Virus record (IMG/VR): IMGVR_UViG_3300035670_000158
Location: 51,251-71,250 of that record
Direction: 5' to 3' (one strand)
From: an uncultured virus (IMG/VR IMGVR_UViG_3300035670_000158)
Taxonomy: Duplodnaviria; Heunggongvirae; Uroviricota; Caudoviricetes
Length of the DNA stretch: 20,000 bases
Of this stretch, positions 8,632 to 15,554 are shown one piece after another. Within the stretch, counting starts at the first letter, position 1; each line of letters begins with the position of its first letter. The position numbers and the translations under genes were made by a program. The notes under the pieces were generated by a model. It searched no databases and had not been told where the DNA came from. It was given only the letters and a program-made list of their open reading frames with translations.

Positions 8632-8637
8632 TATAAT
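8609..8637 (+). promoter_or_regulatory. consensus sigma70 promoter for the tRNA array
   Basis: TTGACA 8609-8614, 17 nt, TATAAT 8632-8637, just upstream of tRNA-Arg. Confidence 0.85.
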
Positions 8638-8648
8638 AGGTGAGTTGA

Positions 8649-8720
8649 GGGCTCATAGTTAAATGGATATAACCCGATCCTTCTAAGATTGTGTTCTTGG
8701 TTCGATTCCAAGTGAGCCTG
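8649..8720 (+). tRNA. tRNA-Arg(TCT)
   Basis: Acceptor GGGCTCA/TGAGCCT, anticodon loop CTTCTAA, T-arm CTTGG-TTCGATT-CCAAG. Confidence 0.9.
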
Positions 8721-8722
8721 TT

Positions 8723-8805
8723 GCTTCAGTGGTGGAACGGTAGACACAGCGGACTTAGAATCCGCCGCCCTAAAAAGCGTGGAAGTTCAAATCTTCTCTG
8801 GAGCA
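8723..8805 (+). tRNA. tRNA-Leu(TAG)
   Basis: Acceptor GCTTCAG/CTGGAGC, GCGGA-CTTAGAA-TCCGC, long variable arm, TTCAAAT T-loop. Confidence 0.92.
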
Positions 8806-8806
8806 C

Positions 8807-8835
8807 TTGACAATCAAACCTAAATGGTTTATGAT
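8807..8835 (+). promoter_or_regulatory. sigma70-type promoter inside an inverted repeat
   Basis: TTGACA 8807-8812, 17 nt, TATGAT 8830-8835; GACAATCA/TGATTGTC arms. Confidence 0.7.
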
Positions 8836-8889
8836 TGTCTTATATCAAAAGGTATGATATAATAAATAAATATATTATACCTTAAGATT

Positions 8890-9243
8890 ATGCCATATAA
8901 AAACAAAGAGGACTATAAAAACTGGGAAAAGAGATATCGTAACGAATATTATCAAAGACCAGAAACAAAACAAAGATTGTCAGAGCAATCTAAGTTGCGT
9001 AGAGAACGAAATAAAAGTTTTGTTCTAGATAAAATGATTCCTTGTATTGTATGTGGTGAGAGTGACCCTATTGTTATTGATTTTCACCATTTAGATGAAT
9101 CTCAAAAAGATAAAGGAATTTCTCAAATGATGCAAAGTAATTATTCTTTGCAAAAAATACAAGAAGAACTTGACAAATGTGTTTGTTTATGTTCTAATTG
9201 TCATAGGAGAGTTCACGCAGGAACTCTTACTTTGCGGGTATAG
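8890..9243 (+). CDS. HNH endonuclease (putative free-standing homing endonuclease)
   Basis: CIVCG...DFHHLD...CVCLCSNCHRRVH; upstream hairpin 8849-8883 with AATAAATA in the loop region. Confidence 0.88.
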   Translation: MPYKNKEDYKNWEKRYRNEYYQRPETKQRLSEQSKLRRERNKSFVLDKMIPCIVCGESDPIVIDFHHLDESQKDKGISQMMQSNYSLQKIQEELDKCVCLCSNCHRRVHAGTLTLRV

Positions 9244-9304
9244 TTTAGGGGTAAAATGCCATCCTTCCAAGTTGGAGTCACCGGTTCGATTCCGGTTACC
9301 CGCT
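9234..9304 (+). tRNA. tRNA-Gly(TCC)
   Basis: Acceptor GCGGGTA/TACCCGC, loop CTTCCAA, T-arm ACCGG-TTCGATT-CCGGT. Confidence 0.9.
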
Positions 9305-9326
9305 CTGAACCTTTGGGTTCTTAAAA

Positions 9327-9432
9327 TGTGGTTCTGGGTGGAATTCCCAGCGGTTCCGTTAGGGACTGTCCTTTGTAGGTTCGATACCTACATCTTCCTT
9401 ATGGGAGATAAGAACGGCTATTGGAAACCACA
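9327..9432 (+). ncRNA. unassigned multibranch structured RNA with T-loop hairpin
   Basis: Closing stem TGTGGTT/AACCACA, four internal hairpins including TGTAGG-TTCGATA-CCTACA. Confidence 0.6.
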
Positions 9433-9433
9433 A

Positions 9434-9505
9434 CCTCTGGTAGTCTATTGGTAAGGACAGGCAGACAATGCACTTGGATACTAGGTTCGATTCCTAGACA
9501 GAGGA
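9434..9505 (+). ncRNA. tRNA-like RNA lacking a canonical anticodon stem
   Basis: Acceptor CCTCTG/CAGAGG, D-arm GTCT-ATTGGTAA-GGAC, T-arm CTAGG-TTCGATT-CCTAG; anticodon-arm positions do not pair. Confidence 0.65.
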
Positions 9506-9509
9506 CAAC

Positions 9510-9582
<73 letters not shown>

Positions 9583-9601
9583 AAATAAATCAAAAACTAT
9601 A

Positions 9602-10039
9602 ATGGAAACTTTATATGAAGTGCTTCATAAAGCACAGACAACATTATTTTGCTTGATGCAAAAGACTTGGGTATATCACTGGAATGTTGTGGGTAGTGAG
9701 TTCTTTCAATTGCATGAAGCATTTGGAAATCAATATGAGACTATGATTGAAGAAATTGATAGACTCACTGAACATATGAGGTACTTGAGAATGAAAGCAG
9801 TCGCACCAATTTCCATGGTTGCTGATACATCAGAAATTCCTGAAGCTACTTCTGGAGCGTCTGATAGAACCATGGTTGCTCAACTGTATAAAGACAACCA
9901 AAAACTGATTGAGGTCTTTACAGAAGCAATTGAAGCAGCAGAAAATAATAAGCAACGCTCTACTTCCAATTTACTTCAAGATCTGGTAGAATCTCATGGT
10001 AAAAATGTTTGGATGCTCAGATCATTTTTGAAAGAATGA
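9602..10039 (+). CDS. dps: Dps / ferritin-like DNA protection protein
   Basis: HWNVVGSEFFQLHEAFGNQYE...EIDRLTEH ferroxidase signature; C-terminal WMLRSF. Confidence 0.92.
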   Translation: METLYEVLHKAQTTLFCLMQKTWVYHWNVVGSEFFQLHEAFGNQYETMIEEIDRLTEHMRYLRMKAVAPISMVADTSEIPEATSGASDRTMVAQLYKDNQKLIEVFTEAIEAAENNKQRSTSNLLQDLVESHGKNVWMLRSFLKE

Positions 10040-10236
10040 AAGACAAAAAATTTAAAAAACTTATACAGAAACCATTGAGGTTTCATCACCAAGATATACA
10101 TGAAGAACTTGATGAAATTAAAGGGATGCTAAAAAATGTTATCAGTCAGATGCAAAGTTTGCAACAAAGAGTTGTCGAGCACGAACAAAACACAGTGCTG
10201 CGGATGCCCGAACATGACAACCGTGAGGGAGGATAA
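10036..10236 (+). CDS. hypothetical protein
   Basis: ATG overlaps dps stop (ATGA); MKDKKFKKLIQKPLRFHHQDIHEEL...; overlaps next ORF by 101 nt. Confidence 0.5.
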   Translation: MKDKKFKKLIQKPLRFHHQDIHEELDEIKGMLKNVISQMQSLQQRVVEHEQNTVLRMPEHDNREGG

Positions 10237-10384
10237 AATCTCTGCGGTTGACTTAAGTAAAGTTCTATTGCTAAATTCCGAAAAGAAGGTAAATAATCAT
10301 GGAATCCTGACAAATAAGGATTTAGAATTTCAAGAGAACAGACGGAAACGCAAAGTTCGTAAACTTTACTTTGAAGAAAGATGA
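10136..10384 (+). CDS. small putative Zn-binding protein
   Basis: CKVC...CCGCPN motif, basic C-terminus; stop overlaps next ATG. Confidence 0.75.
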   Translation: MLSVRCKVCNKELSSTNKTQCCGCPNMTTVREDKISAVDLSKVLLLNSEKKVNNHGILTNKDLEFQENRRKRKVRKLYFEER

Positions 10385-10608
10385 TTAACCTTCACCAACG
10401 ATTCAATCATTATCTCAATACAGATAAAACAATCAATGAACAAGACGTGAATGAGAAATTGATTAGTTATGGTTGGTTAGATAATGGTGTAGACATCACG
10501 GGATACTATCTCTTGACAGAGAACTTTGAATTGGTGTATGATATGCAAGAGAACTTCAAGCATAAGGTCCCACGGAGATCCTATGCTTGCCTCAAAACAA
10601 AAGGATAA
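10381..10608 (+). CDS. hypothetical protein
   Basis: 75-aa ORF translationally coupled (ATGA) to the previous gene. Confidence 0.7.
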   Translation: MINLHQRFNHYLNTDKTINEQDVNEKLISYGWLDNGVDITGYYLLTENFELVYDMQENFKHKVPRRSYACLKTKG

Positions 10609-10609
10609 T

Positions 10610-10633
10610 GGAAAGGTGGTCGAGTGGTTGAAG
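10610..10633 (+). pseudogene. truncated 5' fragment of a tRNA (Ser-like)
   Basis: GGAAAGG-TG-GTCGAGTGGTTGAAG is an acceptor 5' strand plus class II type D-loop, ending abruptly at an AT-rich hairpin. Confidence 0.7.
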
Positions 10634-10671
10634 TTCTAATTTTTCTAAATAAATTAGAACCATAAATAATT

Positions 10672-11061
10672 ATGCCATACAAGGATATAAAAAAGCAAAG
10701 AGAAGCGCAGCGACTCTGGGCTGAAAAACAATCTAGTGAGTTTAAAAAGGTAAAATACCAACGAGAACAAAACCACAAAAAGTTGATGGTTGAAAAACTA
10801 AATCAACTAAAATTAGAAAAAGGTTGTTGCGAATTGTGTGGTGAGTATCATCCACCATGTTGTTTTGATTTTCATCATTTGGACAAAACAACTAAATCAA
10901 AAGAAGTATCTCAGTTAGCTGCAAAAGGATACAAATGGGACACAATCTTGACTGAAGTTGAGAAGTGTGTTATGCTATGTGCTCCATGTCATCGTAAGAT
11001 ACATGCGGGACTGCTAACAATCTTGGAGAGTCAATCCGATTGGCGACGGAACCTGTCTTGA
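10672..11061 (+). CDS. HNH endonuclease (putative free-standing homing endonuclease)
   Basis: CELCG...DFHHLD...CVMLCAPCHRKIH; similar to 8890..9243; hairpin 10633-10660 and TAAATA motifs upstream. Confidence 0.88.
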   Translation: MPYKDIKKQREAQRLWAEKQSSEFKKVKYQREQNHKKLMVEKLNQLKLEKGCCELCGEYHPPCCFDFHHLDKTTKSKEVSQLAAKGYKWDTILTEVEKCVMLCAPCHRKIHAGLLTILESQSDWRRNLS

Positions 11062-11111
11062 AAACAGTTGAGGTGTTAAAGCCCTTGGGCGTTCGACTCG
11101 CCCACTCTCCG
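11025..11111 (+). tRNA. tRNA-Ser(TGA), atypical D-arm
   Basis: Acceptor GGAGAGT/ACTCTCC, CTGT-CTTGAAA-ACAG, long variable arm, GGGCG-TTCGACT-CGCCC, G discriminator. Confidence 0.85.
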
Positions 11112-11139
11112 TTGCTTTTTTATAAAAAGCATATTTCTT

Positions 11140-11213
11140 CGGGCATTAGCGCAGTTTGGTAGCGCGTTCCGTTTGGGGCGGAAAGGTCATAGGTTCAAAT
11201 CCTATATGCCCGA
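11140..11213 (+). tRNA. tRNA-Pro(TGG)
   Basis: Acceptor CGGGCAT/ATGCCCG, TTCCG-TTTGGGG-CGGAA, TTCAAAT T-loop. Confidence 0.93.
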
Positions 11214-11240
11214 TATATAAAACAAGTAACTAAAACTCAA

Positions 11241-11423
11241 ATGTCGTTACCAAAAAATCAAATCACAATTGATGAATTCAGATCTAATCATGAACATTAC
11301 CTAGAAAGAATGCAAGCTGGAGAAACGTTTTCTTTCACAGATTTTGACCAAAATAAACATAACTTACATGAACCAGTAAACAATAAAGGAATACCGATCG
11401 ATATTGAAGAGATCAAATTCTAG
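11241..11423 (+). CDS. small hypothetical protein (weak Phd/YefM-like N-terminus)
   Basis: 60-aa ORF between tRNAs; ITIDEFRSNHEHYLERMQAGETFSFT. Confidence 0.6.
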   Translation: MSLPKNQITIDEFRSNHEHYLERMQAGETFSFTDFDQNKHNLHEPVNNKGIPIDIEEIKF

Positions 11424-11433
11424 TCTAGTGTTT

Positions 11434-11506
11434 GCTGGTTTAGCTATCTGGTGAAAGCGCCCGACTCATAATCGGATACAGGTGAGTTCGATCCTCACAA
11501 CCAGCA
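11434..11506 (+). tRNA. tRNA with CAT anticodon (elongator Met or Ile2)
   Basis: Acceptor GCTGGTT/AACCAGC, CCGA-CTCATAA-TCGG, GTGAG-TTCGATC-CTCAC; paired 1-72, so not initiator-type. Confidence 0.88.
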
Positions 11507-11512
11507 TTGGAG

Positions 11513-11541
11513 TTGACAGCAACTCCAAATTGTCCTAAAAT
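11513..11541 (+). promoter_or_regulatory. sigma70-type promoter inside an inverted repeat
   Basis: TTGACA 11513-11518, 17 nt, TAAAAT 11536-11541; TTGGAGTTG/CAACTCCAA arms. Confidence 0.75.
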
Positions 11542-11563
11542 GACTGGGTAAACACAAAGTCCA

Positions 11564-11776
11564 ATGTCTATTTCAGAAAAGTTTCAAAAGTACCTTCCTA
11601 TTCTTGAAGAAGCTGTTGAAGGATCCGTTTTTCTTGATCTTAAAAACCCCAAACTTTATAAAAAAATTGTTCGTTATTACGCAAATGAGGGTGTAAAGTT
11701 CTATGACGATCCCAACGAAGACTATGCCACAGTGGTAGAATGTCTTGCAAATGATCTGAAGAAGGTTGCTCGATGA
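11564..11776 (+). CDS. hypothetical protein
   Basis: 70-aa ORF downstream of a promoter, coupled to the next gene. Confidence 0.75.
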   Translation: MSISEKFQKYLPILEEAVEGSVFLDLKNPKLYKKIVRYYANEGVKFYDDPNEDYATVVECLANDLKKVAR

Positions 11777-12006
11777 AACCAAATGTTCTTATGGAGCGGC
11801 ACCCATACCGCTATGTGAGCACAGGAACTCTGGAAAATGGGTTCCCAGATTACAGAATTCAAAAGTTCAATGAATGGTCAAAACGTTATTCTGACATGTA
11901 TCTGTGTGACAATCAAATGCAAATTTTGACTGCCATTGAAGATTTTGAATATACAAAGTGGTTGGATCCAGATCCTGAAGTCGGTGCCTATAGGCATTGG
12001 ACATAA
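11773..12006 (+). CDS. hypothetical protein
   Basis: 77-aa ORF, ATGA overlap with previous gene. Confidence 0.75.
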   Translation: MKPNVLMERHPYRYVSTGTLENGFPDYRIQKFNEWSKRYSDMYLCDNQMQILTAIEDFEYTKWLDPDPEVGAYRHWT

Positions 12007-12036
12007 TAAATAACACAGAAGATTTTCAATTCACCA

Positions 12037-12210
12037 ATGGTAACTTCAAAGTCAACAACTGGATCGTTCACATCTGAAATTGAAAAGAGACTACAATCTC
12101 TTGAAGAAAAAGCACATGCTCCCTGTGGTGGTGCTTCTGTTCCTGCAGATTTAGCTGCTAAGTTTGAAGAACTTTGGGGTTGGTATCAATCCGTAAAATC
12201 AAAAGTTTGA
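12037..12210 (+). CDS. small hypothetical protein (57 aa, not in ORF track)
   Basis: MVTSKSTTGSFTSEIEKRLQSLEEKAHAPCGG...KSKV*; late promoter AATAAATA at 12005-12012. Confidence 0.7.
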   Translation: MVTSKSTTGSFTSEIEKRLQSLEEKAHAPCGGASVPADLAAKFEELWGWYQSVKSKV

Positions 12211-12330
12211 TTTCTTATTTTTTCAAAATAAGTGGCGCGTCTGATTTCCTAGTTTGGCAAACTAGGTGGTGGAGTCAATGACCCAAAGACACGGATGGTC
12301 TATAACAGCACTGGTCGGGAGAACCCCCCT
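12209..12330 (+). ncRNA. structured RNA, two TTTC-hairpin-GTGGYG units (wcaG/manA-like)
   Basis: CTTATTTT/AAAATAAG then TGGCG; CCTAGTTT/AAACTAGG then TGGTG. Confidence 0.5.
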
Positions 12331-12331
12331 T

Positions 12332-12559
12332 ATGGCAAAGTCTAATGTATTTCGATACATTGGTAACTTTCTTCTCCTAGCAGGATACTTTTTTCTGCTC
12401 TGGGGAGATATGAAGATTGGATTATTTGTAAAATGTATAGGAAACATATTTGTTGTTCCTTTTGCAATCAAATATAAGTTTTGGGACATTCTTTTTTTAT
12501 GTGGGTTTTATGCCGCGATAGAAGTTCCAAAACTAATTCAATTACTGATTGTTAAATAG
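12332..12559 (+). CDS. small multi-TM membrane protein
   Basis: MAKSNVFRYIGNFLLLAGYFFLLWG...; three hydrophobic segments; ATG 12332 preferred over upstream GTG. Confidence 0.7.
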   Translation: MAKSNVFRYIGNFLLLAGYFFLLWGDMKIGLFVKCIGNIFVVPFAIKYKFWDILFLCGFYAAIEVPKLIQLLIVK

Positions 12560-12649
12560 TTTCCAATTTTTCTCAAAAATTGGTGGTGCGGATGGGGAAT
12601 TCTTTCTCCGCCTAGTTTCTTGGTTCTAGTCAAAAACCAAGTGGCGAGC
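12559..12649 (+). ncRNA. structured leader RNA upstream of the sugar operon (wcaG/manA-like)
   Basis: CCAATTTT/AAAATTGG-TGGTG, GCGGA...TCCGC stem, CTTGGTT/AACCAAG-TGGCG; family assignment from recall only. Confidence 0.55.
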
Positions 12650-12671
12650 ATATTAGTTTCTTGAGTATAAG

Positions 12672-13571
12672 ATGCAAAAAGTACATTGTATTGTAATGAC
12701 GCGCAATGATGATTTGATCATTGAGCATTGGATCAAAAAGCACATCAACGTCTTTGATACTATCTCAGTTGTTGATGGATCTGATGGTGACTTTACAGAG
12801 AATCTCTGTAAACAATACGATATCCTCTATACCAAAGACCCTGCCGATAAGCCGTTTCACGAACAGTATCTTCGTGAGGCGGCTTTTAATAATTTGAAAC
12901 CACACATTGAACTTGGGGAGTGGGTAGGATGTTTCATGGCAGACGAGTGGGTATACCATGATCCACGTAAAGTAGTTGAACTTGTGGAACCATGGGCAAA
13001 TGTGATTTCATGGAATCAACTTAATGTTCTTCCTCACCCATCGGAAAGAGAAGAATATGATAAAAGTATCAAAGAAAATAATTATAACCCAACTGAAGTA
13101 TTCAAACATTATTGGTTCCGAGATAATACCAAGACATGTTTTGAACCAAGAATGTTCAAGTACACTGGCGATGAATATTGGACTCATCAAATTCCTAGTG
13201 AAAATCCAGTAGCAGGAAGAATTGAACCAGTATCACATAATACAAAATCTAATATTATTCCTACATACTTTCACTATAAAGTTTTTGATCTTGATCCTGG
13301 TAAGTATAAGAATGATGGATTTGCTCACTTTGAAAAGAGTAATCTAAACACTGGTATTGGTTATGGCAAAGGTCAAAGTGTAAGGACCATTGAAAATATT
13401 GATGATCTTTTCTTTGATGAAGACAATATCTATTGTAATATGGGAACAGCAGATGATGGCACTGATTACGTTCATGGATATTGTGCTAGAATTGGTGATA
13501 ATGGGTTAATTCCAGAAGGTACAAATTACAACCGATTAGGTAACAGCGAAGACGTGAGATTAATTCTATGA
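12672..13571 (+). CDS. GT-A fold glycosyltransferase (GT2-like)
   Basis: [18 protein letters not shown]...VVDGSDG...MADEW (DxD-like). Confidence 0.7.
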   Translation: MQKVHCIVMTRNDDLIIEHWIKKHINVFDTISVVDGSDGDFTENLCKQYDILYTKDPADKPFHEQYLREAAFNNLKPHIELGEWVGCFMADEWVYHDPRKVVELVEPWANVISWNQLNVLPHPSEREEYDKSIKENNYNPTEVFKHYWFRDNTKTCFEPRMFKYTGDEYWTHQIPSENPVAGRIEPVSHNTKSNIIPTYFHYKVFDLDPGKYKNDGFAHFEKSNLNTGIGYGKGQSVRTIENIDDLFFDEDNIYCNMGTADDGTDYVHGYCARIGDNGLIPEGTNYNRLGNSEDVRLIL

Positions 13572-14638
13572 AACGTGCATTGATTACTGGAGTCACAGGA
13601 CAAGATGGATCTTATCTTGCCGAACTCCTTCTCTCTATGGGGTATGAAGTTCATGGTATCAAGAGAAGAAGTTCTTCTTTCAATACCGATCGTGTCAATC
13701 ATATCTTCAACAATAATAAAAACTTCACCATGCATTATGGTGATCTAACTGACTCCACAAACCTCATCCGAATCATTCAGATGGTTCAACCTGATGAGAT
13801 TTATAATCTTGGTGCTCAAAGTCATGTGAAAGTTTCATTTGAAACCCCAGAGTACACTGCAAACAGTGATGCTCTGGGGACTCTTCGTATTCTTGAAGCA
13901 ATTCGTATTCTTGGATTAGGAGAAAAGATTCGCTTCTATCAAGCATCTACTTCAGAAATGTTTGGTTTAGTTCAGGAAAATCCTCAGAAAGAAACAACTC
14001 CATTTTATCCTCGTTCACCATATGGTGTTGCTAAACTGTATGCTCATTGGATTACTAAGAACTACCGTGAGTCTTATGGAATATATGCTTGTTCTGGGAT
14101 TCTGTTTAATCACGAGTCACCTCGTCGTGGAGAAACATTTGTAACTCGTAAGATTACTCGTGACCTTGCCCGTGTAAAACTTGGATTGCTCAAAACTTTG
14201 AAACTGGGTAATCTAGATGCTAAACGGGATTGGGGACATGCTAAAGATTATGTTCGTGCAATGTGGTTGATGCTCCAACAAGATCATCCAGATGATTATG
14301 TAATTTCTACCATGCAACAAATTACTGTTCGTGAATTTTGTGAACGAACTGCTAAAATTCTGGGCATGAATATTGAATGGAGAGGAGAAGGTTTGGATGA
14401 AATTGGTGTGGATACAGTAACTGGAAATACCGTAATTACAGTTAGTCCAAGATACTTTCGTGATGCAGAAGTTGAAACACTTCTTGGAGATTCCACCAAA
14501 GCACGTGAAGAACTTGGATGGAAACCTGAGATCACTGTTGATCAAATGATAGAAGAGATGGTCAAAAAGGATCTTGAATTTGCTCTAAGAGATGAACATC
14601 TTGCCGCAGGAGGATTCAGTAAGTATGCATACGAATGA
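13568..14638 (+). CDS. gmd: GDP-mannose 4,6-dehydratase
   Basis: [56 protein letters not shown]. Confidence 0.97.
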   Translation: MKRALITGVTGQDGSYLAELLLSMGYEVHGIKRRSSSFNTDRVNHIFNNNKNFTMHYGDLTDSTNLIRIIQMVQPDEIYNLGAQSHVKVSFETPEYTANSDALGTLRILEAIRILGLGEKIRFYQASTSEMFGLVQENPQKETTPFYPRSPYGVAKLYAHWITKNYRESYGIYACSGILFNHESPRRGETFVTRKITRDLARVKLGLLKTLKLGNLDAKRDWGHAKDYVRAMWLMLQQDHPDDYVISTMQQITVREFCERTAKILGMNIEWRGEGLDEIGVDTVTGNTVITVSPRYFRDAEVETLLGDSTKAREELGWKPEITVDQMIEEMVKKDLEFALRDEHLAAGGFSKYAYE

Positions 14639-15554
14639 TAAAATTTATATTGCAGGACACAATGGACTTGTTGGATCTGCAATCGTAAGAGGGTTGAGGC
14701 AACAAGGATATAAAAATCTTATCCTAAAAACAAGAAAAGAACTAGATCTTACAGATGAAAATGCGGTAAAGATTTTCTTTAGAACAGAAAGACCAGACTA
14801 TGTTTTCTTAGCAGCTGCAAAGTGTGGTGGAATTAAAGATAACATTGATCATCCAGTTCAATTTCTTGAAGATAACATAAAGATTCAAAACAACATCATT
14901 CATTATGCTCATACTGTAAATGTAAAAAAACTAATGTTCTTGGGGTCGGCGTGCATCTATCCTAAAGACTGTCCGCAACCAATTAAAGAAGAATATCTTC
15001 TTTCTGGATATCTTGAACCAACGAATGAAACATATTCTCTAGCAAAAATTGCTGGCATCAAATTGTGTCAGGCATACAGAAAACAATATGGGTGTAATTT
15101 TATTTCGGTTCAACCTTCAAATGTTTATGGTCCTAGAGATAACTATGATCCAGAATCAAGTCACGTGATCGCTGGTTTGATTCATAGATTTCATGATGCA
15201 AAAATTAAGAATCAAAAAGAAGTTGTATGTTGGGGATCTGGTTCTGCAAGGAGAGAATTTATCTTTGTTGAAGATCTTGCAGATGCTCTTATCTTTTTGA
15301 TGAAATCATATAATAATAATGAAATTATCAATGTGGGAGTTGGGAAAGATATTTCCATCAAAGAATTAGTAGCACACATTGTAGATGTGATAGAATATAA
15401 GGGAAAAATATCTTGGGATTTGAGTAAACCTGAAGGTATGAAACAACGTCTTTTAGATACAACTAAACTAAGAGAACTTGGTTGGCAACCAAAAACATCA
15501 TTAGATGAAGGTCTTCGTCTTGCATATGAATATTTTAAGTTGGAGGTAAAGTAA
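14625..15554 (+). CDS. fcl: GDP-L-fucose synthase family epimerase/reductase (Fcl/WcaG; possibly ColC)
   Basis: [48 protein letters not shown]. Confidence 0.9.
   Translation: MHTNDKIYIAGHNGLVGSAIVRGLRQQGYKNLILKTRKELDLTDENAVKIFFRTERPDYVFLAAAKCGGIKDNIDHPVQFLEDNIKIQNNIIHYAHTVNVKKLMFLGSACIYPKDCPQPIKEEYLLSGYLEPTNETYSLAKIAGIKLCQAYRKQYGCNFISVQPSNVYGPRDNYDPESSHVIAGLIHRFHDAKIKNQKEVVCWGSGSARREFIFVEDLADALIFLMKSYNNNEIINVGVGKDISIKELVAHIVDVIEYKGKISWDLSKPEGMKQRLLDTTKLRELGWQPKTSLDEGLRLAYEYFKLEVK

Noticed and set aside
9170..9454. 94-aa + strand ORF, and minus-strand ORFs 8553-8747 and 10581-10778
   Set aside because: They overlap tRNA/ncRNA genes or the HNH and show no protein motifs; likely shadow ORFs
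10610..11111. HNH-containing intron splitting a single tRNA
   Set aside because: The downstream tRNA is complete by itself, the remnant GGAAAGG pairs poorly with ACTCTCC (two mismatches), and no group I/II core is visible in the short flanks
11025..11111. Selenocysteine or opal-suppressor tRNA
   Set aside because: The anticodon is TGA (reads TCA, Ser), not TCA, and the fold is 7/5
12060..12080. Glutamine-riboswitch-like ATCGTTCA start
   Set aside because: It lies within a plausible small ORF and the rest of the motif is not evident
12209..12649. CRISPR-like array
   Set aside because: Only short flanking motifs recur, spacing is irregular, and there are no identical repeats or cas genes
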